64,000 nt of DNA, from the NCBI GenBank assembly GCA_951406725.2, contig OX597836.1, forward strand, positions 25,606,001-25,670,000, written 5' to 3'. The DNA comes from Octopus vulgaris. Its lineage: Eukaryota. The notes beneath the pieces are model-generated. The model was not told the origin of the DNA. It was given only the letters and a program-made list of their open reading frames with translations, and made no database searches. Shown here piece by piece: positions 28,842 through 43,252 of this stretch; the stretch's first letter is position 1; each line of letters starts with the position of its first letter. Position numbers and translations under genes: made by a program.

Positions 28842-28888
28842 GTATATACATACATATATATACATATATATACATACATATATATATG

Positions 28889-28925
<37 letters not shown>

Positions 28926-28994
28926 ATATATATATCAGTGTGTGTTTGCATATATATATATATATATACATACATACATACATACATACATACA

Positions 28995-29042
<48 letters not shown>
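28295..29042. repeat. Compound (TA)n/(TACA)n/(TATG)n microsatellite with higher-order periodicity
   Basis: About 750 bp of TA-based units; the source of the longest spurious ORFs. Confidence 0.95.
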
Positions 29043-29043
<1 letters not shown>

Positions 29044-30180
29044 TAGGGAGAAAGAGGGTAAGAGAGGTAGAGTCAGACAGACAACAATACATCTGTCTAT
29101 CTGTCTATCAATTTATCTATCGATTAATCTCTCAACCGCCCTCTTCACACACACACGCGCGCGCACACACACACACACGCACGCACACACATATCCTACA
29201 TATCTTTCGAAATTTGTTGATATCACGACTCCAAATTATTTAGTTAGAAAAAAAATTTCCTTGTTTATACGTGTCCTGCAGAGTTTGTAAGTAACGCAAA
29301 TAGATAATAAATATAATAAACAAATATAAAAAATAAATAAAATGTCGGAAGATAACGGAAATACTATAAATTGAGTTTGATTAACAAAGGAAGAGACATA
29401 TAAGTAGATATATATATACTAAAATCTAACCCCGATGACCGATTATATTAAGAAAGCAGACGACAACTGTTGTAGCTGACGCAGACGATATCCGCCGTCT
29501 ACTTGACGCAACCCTGCAACTCACCAACAGACGTGACTTTGTGAACAGCGAAGACCAATGGAGAAAAAAATGTTTTAATGTATTTATGTACTTCACAATA
29601 TCAATAACGAATTTATTTACCAGATTTTTACCTGAATATAACACTGTTTGCAAAACATGAACCAACGTGCAGGCATTGATAGTCGCAGACATGGATGTGT
29701 GATTAAAAAGCTTGCTTCTCAATCATCGGATATGCCTTCCAACAATAGCACTTGACTGACCAAAGCCTTACACTCATATGTCCTTGCATGTATGTATGCA
29801 TGTATGCATGCATACATGTATGTATGTATGTATGTATGTATGTATGTATGTATGTATGTATGTATGTATGTATGTATGTATGACTTTCCTTTGAAATTAA
29901 TTTGTCTTTCTTGAGAGAGTTCAAAATGGTTGCTAAGAAAGCGACAAGATTTTTGAGTAAAGAGATTTCTTAGTGTTTGTAAATATGTGGTTGAACTGTC
30001 GATGCATACACCCAAGTGTGTACATCTATTCACATAAGAATCTTAGATGACGAATTTATGGAAAAAATTAAATATTGTGCCAGTAAAAGATAAGATTTGG
30101 AGAATTCGCATCAGTTTCTTTTGGTTTTTTTTTCCGTGAAACTGAGTATTTTTGAGCAAATTTGTTGGTACATATGTGTA

Positions 30181-30236
<56 letters not shown>

Positions 30237-30872
30237 TGTCTGTCTGTATGTATGTATGTATGTATGTATGTATGTATGTATGTATGCATGTATGTCAGAT
30301 CACTCTTAGTGCTAGGGGTAACATGAAATGTAGTCCAATCTGTGGCATGGTCGGATTGTCGTCTACTACAACGACAACCCTACCCAGCTTGCTTAGTAAA
30401 GAAGGTGGTTTTCGTTGGCCCCCCACTCGACAAGACGAAAAACAAAACCTGTCAAAAGGCGGGTGAACTCAGTAGAGTCAACGGCCATCTAACAGTTGGT
30501 TGTAGGACCTCTTGTCTTTGTTCAGATATTTCTTTAAATTGAAATTCCGAAATATCACCCGCATTATTGGTAAGTCGGAGAACCTGATCTCGCTTGTTTC
30601 TGGAAAACTTGTCTTTGTAAATAAGAGTCTTAGCTGCTATTAACTTTAAATTTCAGCACGAGCGTTGCTAACAGCCATTATCTTTAACATCTCTATTGTA
30701 ATCCAATGTCGGACTGTTATAACTTCTCCGGTATAGCAGTATAGCTAGACAAATAAGACACGGCTATCTATGACCGACTTCGCCGACTTCCCGACTGTTC
30801 GGCCTCCTACGTCACAGTATTTGTAACGACCATCAAATACCATTCGTCACGTGGGAGGAATGCTCCACCACC

Positions 30873-30943
<71 letters not shown>

Positions 30944-30947
30944 CCAC

Positions 30948-31026
<79 letters not shown>

Positions 31027-32570
31027 GCCTAATGGTTCGGGTCGTTGTACTCACGATCGTAAAATCCGGACAGGGCGGTGCGTTGTGTTCTTGAGCAAAA
31101 CACTTCATCTCACGTTGCTTTGCGATTGCTTCGCCACCTGACGTACTCTTGTAGCCTCAATGCCAATTTGATGGAGAGAGTAAACTCATGTACATCACAA
31201 ACACTTTAATAAACTATAAACAAACTAGCTGGCCCCGAGCCGTCAAAAATGACGGCTAATTATAGTATTTTATATATAAATATGGACGGTAAATAAAATT
31301 AATACACTCGTCAATGTTCAAATACATTCACATATTTCCCTTGCACACGCACACACTTACACTCATGTACCCACACATGTACTTACACACATGTACTTAT
31401 ACACATGTACCCACACAGAGTTCAAAAGCTGTTTAATTTTTCTTTTCAGCGTTGAATGTTCACCATCCCATCAGTTTGCCATCACCCCTTCCTTCCTTAT
31501 TCATCTATCACCCCTTCCTTTCTCATTCATATATTGTGACGGAGAAAAACACAAGAGTATTATTATAGTAGATAATTTGTGCAGGCTGTTCAGCAAAAAA
31601 TTTCGCAACCGTTATTCTGGGACTCGAAAGGCTTTTTTTTTCAAAGTGACGTGTTATGCATTTCAGGAATAGCAGCTGAGGTACAGAGTTCCAGTGTATT
31701 ACACCTAGCAACAACCACAACTGAGAAGGCAATTCGGTGGCTGTATGTCAATGCATGTTAGCCACCCCAGATACATGTGTGCAATGCAATAATCCTGCAT
31801 GGTGAATGAATTGTAGTGAAAGAACCAATGTGAAGCGTTGCTTCTGTGTACCCATTAGAATTCTACGAACCATTTCCTCTTTTGAGAAGAGCGATTTGAC
31901 TCTACGAAGAATAATCCAACTAATATAAACAGGTAAGTAAGAGAAATGTCGTCACTTCAGGATTTTGTTGCAATTTATTTTCATGTTTTTAGGACAATTT
32001 ACTTTCACTTTCTATTTCACGACAGTAAACAGCATGTTGACCAGGACATAGTTTAAAGAAGACAGACTGAAAATATTTGGAGTGTTTGTTGTCTGAGTTG
32101 CGATTCTGAATGCTGAGGTGGATTTCGATCCGTTTAACTTTTGGTCTCTTGGTGTATATCGTATCCGATTTCCTATCAAACGAAACTGTAAGAATTTCTG
32201 TGAATTACAAATGAATCTGTTAACCTTTTTCGCTATCATTTAGTCACAGAAATTGCTGCAAGCTAGTGGTGATAACTAATACAATGGAAAACGCTATAAA
32301 TTACCACAATGCCACCGCCATAATAGTAGCAGTAGCAGCGGCAGCAGCAATGTCAATAATGATCAACAGCGATAACAAAATTAACAAGAATAAAACAGCA
32401 AAATTGTGAAAATAAGTAAAATAAAATAACATAAAATAATATAAAATAAAATAAACACACCATTCCGATGTCAAGCAACAAGTGTTGATGAATTCATAAA
32501 TTAAGGGGCAGCGTTAATAAATATATTTTCTCACCAGAGAGAACGGACAACAACAACAACAACACAACTA

Positions 32571-32642
<72 letters not shown>

Positions 32643-32749
32643 TGTGTCTTTTAACAATAACAGTAAAAATATTAAACATAAACATAAAGGAAAAAATTAA
32701 TGGAAAACAACCAACATTTCCATCTCAGGAATGAGAAAAATGAAGCGAC

Positions 32750-32846
<97 letters not shown>

Positions 32847-33353
32847 GAATAAAATAATTGAAAAATGGAATCGCAGGAAAATATTAAAAGAATAAAAGAA
32901 TACAAAAATAAGTAAATAAAATGAAATAAAATAAATAATCAGCAAATAATACTTCAATGTCGATATTTTTATGGAGTAATTTTTTTTTCTTTCTGTGTAA
33001 GAACTCCCTGGTGTATAGTTTAGTTTCGTACAAATATTCGAAAGATCTGGACTATTTCTCTGCTCTGATAATATTGCAGTTTTTGGAAGTCATGCGTTTT
33101 GTAGACATTCAGGAATTCCTCGAACTGGGTCGAGTTCTTGAAATTTTTTATATTTCTGACGGTATATGAATAGTATATGAACAGAGTAAACAGGGGTTTA
33201 CTTTTGGTGAAGGTAAGGGTGGGATATTTATGCTTGGAATGGCTGTGTGTGTATACACATATGTATATATATATATATAGTTTTTCTGGGAGGAAATACC
33301 ATTAACAGTAATAACAAAAGGGTGAAATCAATTAAATTGATTTCACCCTTTTG

Positions 33354-33415
<62 letters not shown>

Positions 33416-33488
33416 GTGCACACACATATACAGACGCACGCACGTACGCGCACATATATAATATTTTATGAATTTATCTCTGTCCCTG

Positions 33489-33601
<113 letters not shown>

Positions 33602-33821
33602 GGTAAACTGGACTCCGTATAGCAATCCAACAACCACATATTTTATTATGTTGTGAACCACACACAGCCATGAGCACATGCACGTGTGCGGTGCACACAC
33701 AGACACACGCACGCACACACACACACACGAGTACACGCACACAATCACACCCATATACATGTATATCCCGGTAAATGCAACTGAAGCAAAGTTAAATTAG
33801 AATCACCAGTAAATAGGATGT

Positions 33822-33866
33822 ACGACATTGACGAGCCCCCCAAGTAGGGCGAAACTGGTCTGTCGT
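33822..33866 (+). ncRNA. Minimal type I hammerhead ribozyme motif (C3U)
   Basis: Stem I acgaca/tgtcgt (6 bp), UUGACGA, stem II GCCC/GGGC, GAAAC-UG-GUC; predicted cleavage after 33860. Confidence 0.78.
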
Positions 33867-34029
33867 TCTCTTCAGTTTCTGCTGCATCGATGTATGTCTC
33901 GCTCCGTTATATAATGCATCTTTAGCGCAATATGTTTATAAGGAGATTTTCTTATAGCATCACGCCAACGAACGATGTGTATACATATATATTTTGTATG
34001 AATCACTTAGGGTAGCATGTATATGTGTA

Positions 34030-34288
34030 TAATGTTATAATAAATAAAACAAAACAGTCTTATTATATACAGCTACCCAAGGTTTCCTGATCGAAACATT
34101 AATTCATTCCGCCATTTTTCAAGCTGAGAACAAAACTATTTGTCAGTTACCTTTTTAAGGCTTAAAAAAGCAACTGACAAATAGTTTTGTTCTCAGCTTG
34201 AAAAATGGCGAAATAATTTGTTTCGACCAGGAAACCTTGGGTAGCTGTATATAATAAGACTGTTTTATTATTGTTTTTTATAACATTA
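34030..34288. repeat. Long palindrome (~125-bp arms) with a degenerate hammerhead motif in each arm
   Basis: Centre ~34160. The right arm 34194-34247 reads cagc-UUGAAAA-augg.cgaaa...uuucgacca-g-GAAAC-cuugg-GUA-gctg. Confidence 0.85.
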
Positions 34289-34362
34289 CCGTTACTCCCT
34301 TAGCTGATAAAGTGTTATTCTACTTGTTTGTACGGTTTGTATTGCCTTACCACATAATATAT

Positions 34363-34538
34363 ATATACTTTATTTAAAAACAGCAGAAATATAACAAAAG
34401 CTATTACTCGGAGTTTCACGTTCCCGTTCGTCGGACAGTTTTGTTAAAATATTTTAACAAAACTGTCCGACGAACGGGAACGTGAAAGTCCGAGTAACAG
34501 CTTTTGTTATATTTCTGCTGCTTTTAAATAAAGCATAT
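34363..34538. repeat. Spacerless palindrome (88-bp arms) with a variant hammerhead motif in each arm
   Basis: Symmetry axis 34450/34451. Arm motif ctgt-CCGACGA-ACG(GGAA)CGU-GAAAC-uccga-GUA-acag at 34463-34500 (+) and 34401-34438 (-). Confidence 0.9.
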
Positions 34539-34617
34539 TACTCTACCTCTGGTATTTGAGTACTCTTTTTTCCACCTTGTTTCACATTTATGTACTTACC
34601 CCGGTATATATATATAT

Positions 34618-34714
<97 letters not shown>

Positions 34715-35589
34715 GTGTGTGCGTGTGCACACACACACAAACACATAACTGTTTTGTTTTTTTTTCCAACTCAGAAGAATTTTCACAGAGGAGCTCTAAT
34801 AATTCAAAAACATATCCATCATTCCCTCCAGCTTATTTCAAAGACCAGATCCACGCCAGTTCGTACCGCTTTTATTGACCAAATACTTTGGTCAATTCAT
34901 TTTAATGGCATTATCTCTCTTTGCTTGATGGTTTTAGAGTTTAATAATCTCTAGAGGGAGATTGTGTCCGCCAGTTGCTTGGTTAATATCAGATGGTTAA
35001 AAGTTTTCAAGTCAGCACATATAACGTCCTACAATCGTCGCAGGGCAACTGGCTGACCACCAGATCAACAGACTGACCGTCCAATACTCAGAGAGTCAGC
35101 CAGACAAATACACAGGCAGTAAATAGTGAGACAGGCAGTCAGGCAAACTGACAGACAGGCAGACAGGTAGTCAGGCAACGATTCAGGTAGACAGTCAGAC
35201 AGACAAACAGCCGCACAGAAAGACTGACAGACAGTCAAACAGAAAGAAAAAAACTATCGGCCACAGATGCATGAGCATCATGTAACGTCATGGTTGTACA
35301 TTTGTAGTGTTGACACGTTAATGTCTACCACCATCACCAGCTCTACCACCACCACCACCACCACCACCACTACCACCACCACCACCACCACCACCACCAC
35401 CACAACCAGTACTACTACCACTACTAACTCTACCAACTCTATTTCTTCCACCGCTACTACTACCATCGCCACCACCACCACCACCACCAGAGCAACCACC
35501 TCCACCACCACCACCACTACTAGCACCGGCACTAATACTACCACTACTGTTTCCTCCAGTGTTACGTCAACAACCACAACAGCTAGACC

Positions 35590-35639
<50 letters not shown>

Positions 35640-35737
35640 GCCGCTGCTGCTACTGCTGATACTACTACCACTACTACTACTTCTACTGTTACTATTACAA
35701 CTACTACACTTATTTCTACTGGTAGTGCTGCTGCTGT

Positions 35738-35817
<80 letters not shown>

Positions 35818-36500
35818 GTGCTTGATATAATCGATTCTATTTAGGTCATGTGTAATAGACCAGCCGCCGCACTGACAATCGTTGCTTCGATTCATTAGAT
35901 ATTAAATGGTTCCAATATTTCCACAAACCATTTATTTCCTATTAGTGTTCTGTTACACTTCTTCCATTACCATTCCATTGGAAAAAATATAAAATAATAA
36001 AAAAAAAACGTCGTCACATGATGATGTTATTTCGTTCTTTAATACCAGTCACATGAGGAAAACCGTTCCGGCCGTGACCATTCTACCATTTACTCACACA
36101 CAGTTATAAGACTATATTATTATTCACCAAATTAGTCGATACGTGGTGGTGGTGGTGGTGGTGATGGTGGTGGTGATGGTGGGCGGAATGAGAATTTGAG
36201 GGAGACTTGATTCCTATTTCTTGCAGGTTTAGATAATCGGTAGATAATCTCAATCTGCAAGATTCCGAGAAAATTCCAGTGTACTTTTGTCGTGAGAGAA
36301 AAATAAATCTTGATGTGTGTGTGTGTGTGTGCGCGCGTATGACTAGTTATAGATAACGGTCATTACATATTTTCTCTTTATTAGGCCATATATGGCTAAC
36401 AGCTGTTTCCAGTAGTAATTATAGGTGCATTACTGATAGGTTTACTCAATTGGTCTGTTGATCAGCTGAGGAAAAAAGAATTATGCTACTTTCGTCAAAT

Positions 36501-36690
<190 letters not shown>

Positions 36691-36902
36691 AATATACGCA
36701 CACACATATACGACGGTTTTCTTTCAGTTTCCTTCTATCAAATCCAGTCACAAGGCTTTGGGCGGCCTGAGGCTATAGTCGAAGACACTTGCCCAAGGTG
36801 CTACGCAATGGGACTGAACCAGCTGTTATGTGGTTAGAAAGCAAACGTCTTACCGCACAGTCACGCCTGCGCCTATATATTATTCACTATATACATACAT
36901 AA

Positions 36903-36945
<43 letters not shown>

Positions 36946-38759
36946 CACATATATATGCGTCTTGGCCTAACAGCCCTTAACGTTTGACTTCGTCGATTGC
37001 TTACTCTGTACGTCCACCCTGTCGTTGCTTGTACGTTCGAAACACTGACTCTCCAGATATGTTATACCTATAAAATTTTCCGGTTGCTTCTGCTAAATGA
37101 AGTTTTCCAATATTGTCGTTGAAAGCTCGAAATAGGGAGTAATTAACAGTCGACAACTGAGGAGGGGTTAAACTTCTTGTGGTATGTTGTCCCGTACTTG
37201 TCTCTCATTACGTGTTTACGTATTTTTCTCTCGTTGTTAATGTTCTGTTCTTATAGTAAATTGTTCGGTAATTTGTCCTGTTCTTATCGCTCGTGCATCT
37301 ACGTATATTTTACTCGTTGGTGATGTTCTGTACTTGATGTATTCTGAAGATATCAAATGTCGGTAGAATGTTGTAGATATGCTAGCACCAAATTTAATTT
37401 AAACGTAGATCTGACTGTGGGGTGGGTCCTTTGCGTGGCATAAGTATAAACACAAATGGCGTTTAAAATTCAAGACAAATGCTTAGGTTGAATTTTATTC
37501 ATGTTTTCTTGGAAGATTATATCATAATTTAGAATCAGCCATCATCAGGTAAGATTTTAAACCATCGACACGGGAAAATCCAGCATGCATTGGATATATA
37601 GGCAGTATATATGCAAACGTATATAGACGTTTCTGTCTTTTTTCTTTCTGCGATATTACTCGGTGAATGTTCTGTCAAACCTACTTTGACGAAAGGCTTA
37701 TATATATGTGTTTGTGTGTATGTGTGTTTGTGTGTTTGTGTGTTTGTGTATATGTGTGTGTATGTGTATGTATATGTGTGTCTGTGTGTGTATGTGTATG
37801 TGTATATGTGTGTGTACGTTTAGTTATTCTAATCTTATAGTAATTATGGTGTTCCTCCGCTATTTAGACCGTCCGTGATTAGTTGAACGGGGAGAGAGGA
37901 AAGGAGAGGAGAGAGGAAAGGAGAGGAGAGAGGAAAGGAGAGGAGAGAGATAAGAGAGAGAGAGAGAGAAATGGAAGGGAAGAAAATGGGAGGTAGAGGG
38001 AGAGATGGTGGTGAGTGAAATGTATAATTTCTCTTTTAACTCAGTTGTTTCCCCCCGTTACTTAGCCCGTCTGTAACGCTTTACGTGATTAGTTGAAGGG
38101 AAAGGTGAAGAGCGAAAGAAAAAGGAGAGAGAAAAAGGTAAGACGAAGAATGAGAGGGAAAGAGGGAGAGTGCTGCGTATTAAGTCTATGAAATTGTGCA
38201 TAAAGTATATAAAGTGCATTAATTAATCATAATATTCCAATTTCCTTCATTTTTCTGTGATAAACAAATGAGCAACTGTCTTTTGGTACAGACACAACAC
38301 AGGCTACGCTTTCAGGTTATTTGGGGGGGGGATAAAATTTTCTGAAATAACCCAATAAGACTACCATTAATTCAGTGAAATATTCACGGGTCCTGCTAGT
38401 TATGTTAATTTGATAGCGCGTAGAGCATATTACCTACGTAGACACGAGGAGTTGTGGTCATTGTTTCGTCCTTTCCATAGTTCATTGACCCAGTGGAACA
38501 TTGAAGACGTGAGAGCAGAAAGGAAAGAGGCAGGAATAGAACCTTCGATCTCATTATCCTGAGTTAATGTCCTAGCCGCTAGAATACTAGTCTTCCCAGC
38601 TTATAAATACATACATACATACATACATACAAACATGCATACATACATACAAATATATATATGTGTGTGTCTGTGTACACGTGCATGTATATATACGTAC
38701 ATACAGATATATATATATCAGTATACATACAAACCTTATATATATATATATATATATAT

Positions 38760-38824
<65 letters not shown>

Positions 38825-38900
38825 GTTTACAACTTAAAGGAAACATCCAGGGGAATAATTACAAGATAGCTAAATGTGGGCGTGAGCAGGCGTGTGGGTA

Positions 38901-38931
<31 letters not shown>

Positions 38932-39003
38932 GGAGTGAGAGAGAGAGAGAGAGAGACAGAGAGTGAGAAAGAGAGAGATAGGGAGTCAGATAGACACATA
39001 GTT

Positions 39004-39080
<77 letters not shown>

Positions 39081-39439
39081 CATGACACCCTGTAGATTGC
39101 CAAATATTTATTCCAATGTCATTGTAACTGTAAACAGAAAAAAAGCTTTTTGTCCCGCCAACTCGTTTAGTAACGTTCCATTGGTTCTCTGTTGACTTCA
39201 AAGAAACGCTTTAAAGTGTTCGAAAGTAAGCTACTTCCGGTTGCTTTCTTACACACTTCCATAAAAGAAAGCTTAGCACTTTATCAATAATAGACGGAAT
39301 ATGGAGGTTTTTCTAATGGATATTTCGGCGTTTAATCATATTGTTCTAGTCCTTCTTGTTCGTTTTCATGCTTTGTTGTTGTTAAAGTTTATGCCTTTAC
39401 CATATTAATGGTGATGGTAGCAGTCGTAGTAGCAGAAGA

Positions 39440-40654
39440 CGGCGAGCTGGCAGAAACGTTAGCACGCCGGGCGAAATGCTTTGTGGTATTTCGTCTGCCG
39501 CTATGTTCTAAGTTCAAATTCTGCCGAGGTCGACGTTGCCTTTCATCGTTTTGGGGTGGATCAAATAAGTACCTATTTCTTTATTACCCACAAGGGGCTA
39601 AACATAGAGGGGACAAACACGGACAGACATAGGTATTAAGTCGATTACATCGACCCCAGTGCGTAACTGGTACTTAATTTATCGACCCCGAAAGGATGAA
39701 AGACAAAGTCAACCTCGGCGGAATTTGAACTCACAACGTAACGACAAGCGAAATACCGTTAAGCATTTCGCCCGGCGTGCTAACGTTTCTGCCAGCTCTC
39801 CGGCTTGGATCAAATAAGTACCAGTTACGCACTGAGGTCGATGTAATCGACTTAATCCGTTTGTCTGTCCTTGTTTGTCCTCTCTGTGTTTATCCCCTTG
39901 TGGGTAGTAAAGAAATAGGTATTTTGTCTGCCGTTACGTTCTGAGTTCAAATTCCGCCGAGGTCGACTTTGTCTTTCATCCTTTCGGGGTCGATTAAATA
40001 AGTTCCAGTTACGCACTGGGGTCGATGTAATCGACTTAATCCGTTTGCCTGTCCTTGTTTGTCCTCTCTGTGTTTAGCTCCTTGTGGGTAGTAAAGAAAT
40101 AGGTATTTTGTCTGCCGTTACGTTCTGAGTTCCAATTCCGCCGAGGTCGACTTTGCCTTTCATCCTTTCGGAGTCGATTAAATAAGTACCAGTTACGCAC
40201 TGGGATCGATGTAATCGACTTAATCCGTTTGTCTGTCCTTGTTTGTCCACTCTGTGTTTAGCCCTAAGTGGGTAGTAAAGAAATAGGTATTTTGTCTGCC
40301 GTTACGTTCTGAGTCCAAATTCCGCCGACGTCGACTTTGCCTTTCATCCTTTCGGAGTCGATTAAATAAGTACCAGTTACGCACTGGAGTCGATACAATC
40401 GACTTAATCCGATTGCCTGTCCTTGTTTGTCCTCTCTGTGTTTAGCCCCTTGTGGGTAGTAAAGAAATAGGTATTTTGTCTGCCGTTACGTTCTGAGTTC
40501 AAATTCCGCCGACGTCGACTTTGCCTTTCATCCTTTCGAGGTCGATTAAATACGTACCAGTTACGCACCGAGGTCGATATAATCGACTCAATCCCTTAGT
40601 CTGTCCTTGTTTGTCCTCTCTATGTTTAGCCCCCTGTGGGCAATAAAGAAATAA
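39440..40654 (+). repeat. Family A SINE with an inverted SINE inserted (~39575-39800), followed by a 184-bp head-to-tail array of SINE bodies
   Basis: ggtattttgtctgccgttacg recurs at 39918, 40102, 40286 and 40470. Confidence 0.92.
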
Positions 40655-41668
40655 ATATATAATATTCACCCATCAAACTCATCATTTATGATATATATCT
40701 CAACAAATGTTATTCTTGAGGAGCTCCTTCTAACATTGTTGCTTCTCATAAGATCATGTGGCGTTCTCGATGTTTACTAGAATGGCTACAAAATCGTTAG
40801 CCTTAGTTCCTCTTGTGCAGTTGGCCTATATGTGGTGCAACATGGCGTCTCCAGTAGCCCCGGTTTGCTTGTATCTTATATTTTTCTAGTTAAATTCTAT
40901 TAGGAGATGTATATAAAAAAATTGTTGAAATATTTTGTGTTTTGTTGAATTTATTGCAGATTATTGCAGATTAATTTCAACAACAAAATCTTATGTGGAC
41001 CCTTAAGAGTCATATAGACCCTGTTTAAGAACTTGTACTTATTTTGTCAACCCCAAAAGAGATGAAAGGCAAAGTCGACCCCGGCGGCATTTGAACTTGG
41101 AACGTGCCAATAACATTTGTCCGTCGTGCGAGCGATTTCTACCAAGCTTACCGCCCACAACAGTAAAATAACAAAACCAATGTACTATTATTCCAGACAC
41201 CTGATTCTGAAAAGGCTAGAATTGCTCGTCTTTTAGTCTACTCAGACTTTCAGAAGAAGGATTCGCAATGAATGGACGAGACTTCGTGTTGAGAAATATG
41301 TATAGTGTAAGTAGTGTGAAGTGTATTGTTTCTAAGTACGTAACGTAGCGTCTGCAGACGAGAGCTAATTCAAGAATGACTGGCCAGTAACATGGTGCAG
41401 ACTCATGTCTCTTCACACACACACTTGCTATTATTGGCCGCCATTATTGTATTTCTCCTCGAGTAGGCGAAGAGAAAATGTATAAGCTGAAGTTTCTGGA
41501 GAAGTACCACGTGGGCAAATACATTCATACTTACAGATACACAGGCATATACATACATATATGCACCATACGTACACACACATATGCACATATATTAAAA
41601 CATATGTCTGTTTTTATACACATATGAATGTATGTATATATATATATATATATACACATACACACACA

Positions 41669-41710
<42 letters not shown>

Positions 41711-43000
41711 TACACATATATATATAAATATATATACGCATTTATGTAATATATACATACATACACTTGCAGGATGTGCTTGTTCGTATGAATAAGAGTA
41801 TTCTAACAGTAAATAAAGTAGCGAATGGTTAAAGAGACACAGTTGGTTATATCGATTTATAACGACGCTACTTTGAAGGTTTCTAAAACTCATTCGATCA
41901 TTTCGTTCCTCTCCTTCGATCTTACGAGAGCTAAAACATGCATGTGGGTCAATGAGTAAATCTCGAAGGTTGTCGGCGACAAAAATAATTCATGAGATAT
42001 ATTTAAAGCACAAAAACGACGGTTTGAACATCCGGGGTGCATTTTCTTTTATAATTATAGGCGCATGTGTGGCTGTGTGATAAGACGTTGGCTTCGCAAC
42101 CGCATGGCTCCGGGGTTCAGTCCCACCGCGTTGTACTTTGGACAAGTATCTTCTGCGATAGCCACGGGCCTACCAAAACCTTGTGAGTGGATTTGGTTGA
42201 CAGAAAATGTGTTTGTACGACTGTGTGTCTTCATGTCTGAGTTTGTTCCCCACTACCACTTGACAACCGGTGCTGGATGGTTTACGTTCCAATAAGGTAG
42301 CAGATCGGCATAAAGGGTTGATAGAATGAGTTCCAAACTTTAATAAAAATTAACAAATGCTGGGGTCGATTGCTTCGACTAAGATTCTTCAAAGTGGTGT
42401 CCCAACATGGCCACAGTCTAATAACTGAAACGAGTATTTTTTAGGAGAAGGCCATTTAATGTTAGCCATTAATTGTTAGACCCCAGGAATAATTAAGCTG
42501 TTATTCTATTACTTGTTTCAGTCATTTGACTACGGCCATGCTGCAGCACCGCCTTAAAAGGTTTTAATCGAACAAATCGACCCCAGGACTTGTTCTTAGT
42601 AAACCTAGTAGTTATTCTGTCGTTCTCCTTTTACCGAACCGCTAACTTAGGGGGACGTAAACACCAACATCGGTGTCAAGCGATGGTGGGGCGACAAACA
42701 CGGATACACACACACATATATATATGCGGTGGGCTTCTTTCAGTTTCCGTCAACCAAGTCCACTCACAAAGCTTTGGACGGCCCCAGGCCATAGTAGAAG
42801 ACACTTGCCCAAGGTGCCACGCAGAGGGACTGAACTCGGAACCATGTGGTTGGGAAGCATGTTTCTTAAGAAAGAAACTCGGTTCAGATTCATCTGCTGC
42901 AAATTTCTGAGCAGACGTGTTTATGTCTTACACTGTACGAGTGTAGTAGAACGGAAGAGGTGAGAGACTGTTTCTTTCGTCTCACCGACTCTACAACATA

Positions 43001-43039
43001 CAGAGACTAGTTTCAGAGCCATTGCTCATCATCAGTCTG
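43001..43039 (-). ncRNA. Minimal type I hammerhead ribozyme motif, sense to the host pre-mRNA
   Basis: caga-CUGAUGA-U-GAGC(aaug)GCUC-U-GAAAC-UA-GUC-ucug, with palindromic ACUAGU stem III; predicted cleavage between 43005 and 43004. Confidence 0.8.
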
Positions 43040-43213
43040 GATGTCACATTAAGTTGACAACAAACTATCACTTTATCGTGCTGCTACTGCATAAATCTCT
43101 CTGAGAGATTTAGAAATATATTATTTCTATTTTCAAAAATCAGTGAATGTATTTCACTTGAAATATGTTTTCAAAGGCGGATAGGCATCGACAGCTAGCA
43201 AGCCATGCTACTC

Positions 43214-43252
43214 CAGACTGATGATGAACAATGACTCTGAAACTAATCTCTG
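43214..43252 (+). ncRNA. Decayed inverted copy of the 43001-43039 hammerhead
   Basis: caga-CUGAUGA-ugaac-aaug-acucu-GAAAC-UA-AUC-ucug; three substitutions weaken stems II and III. Confidence 0.6.

Noticed and set aside
31575-31690. LFWDSKG mariner-like peptide
   Set aside because: Plausibly a second mariner scrap, but too short and degraded to annotate.
31859-31937. Plus-strand candidate exon ending in cag|gtaagt
   Set aside because: Stop codons in all three frames and no partner exons.
37120-37170. gctcGAAAtagggaGTA...CTGAGGAgggg as a type II hammerhead
   Set aside because: Stem I does not pair convincingly and stem III is marginal.
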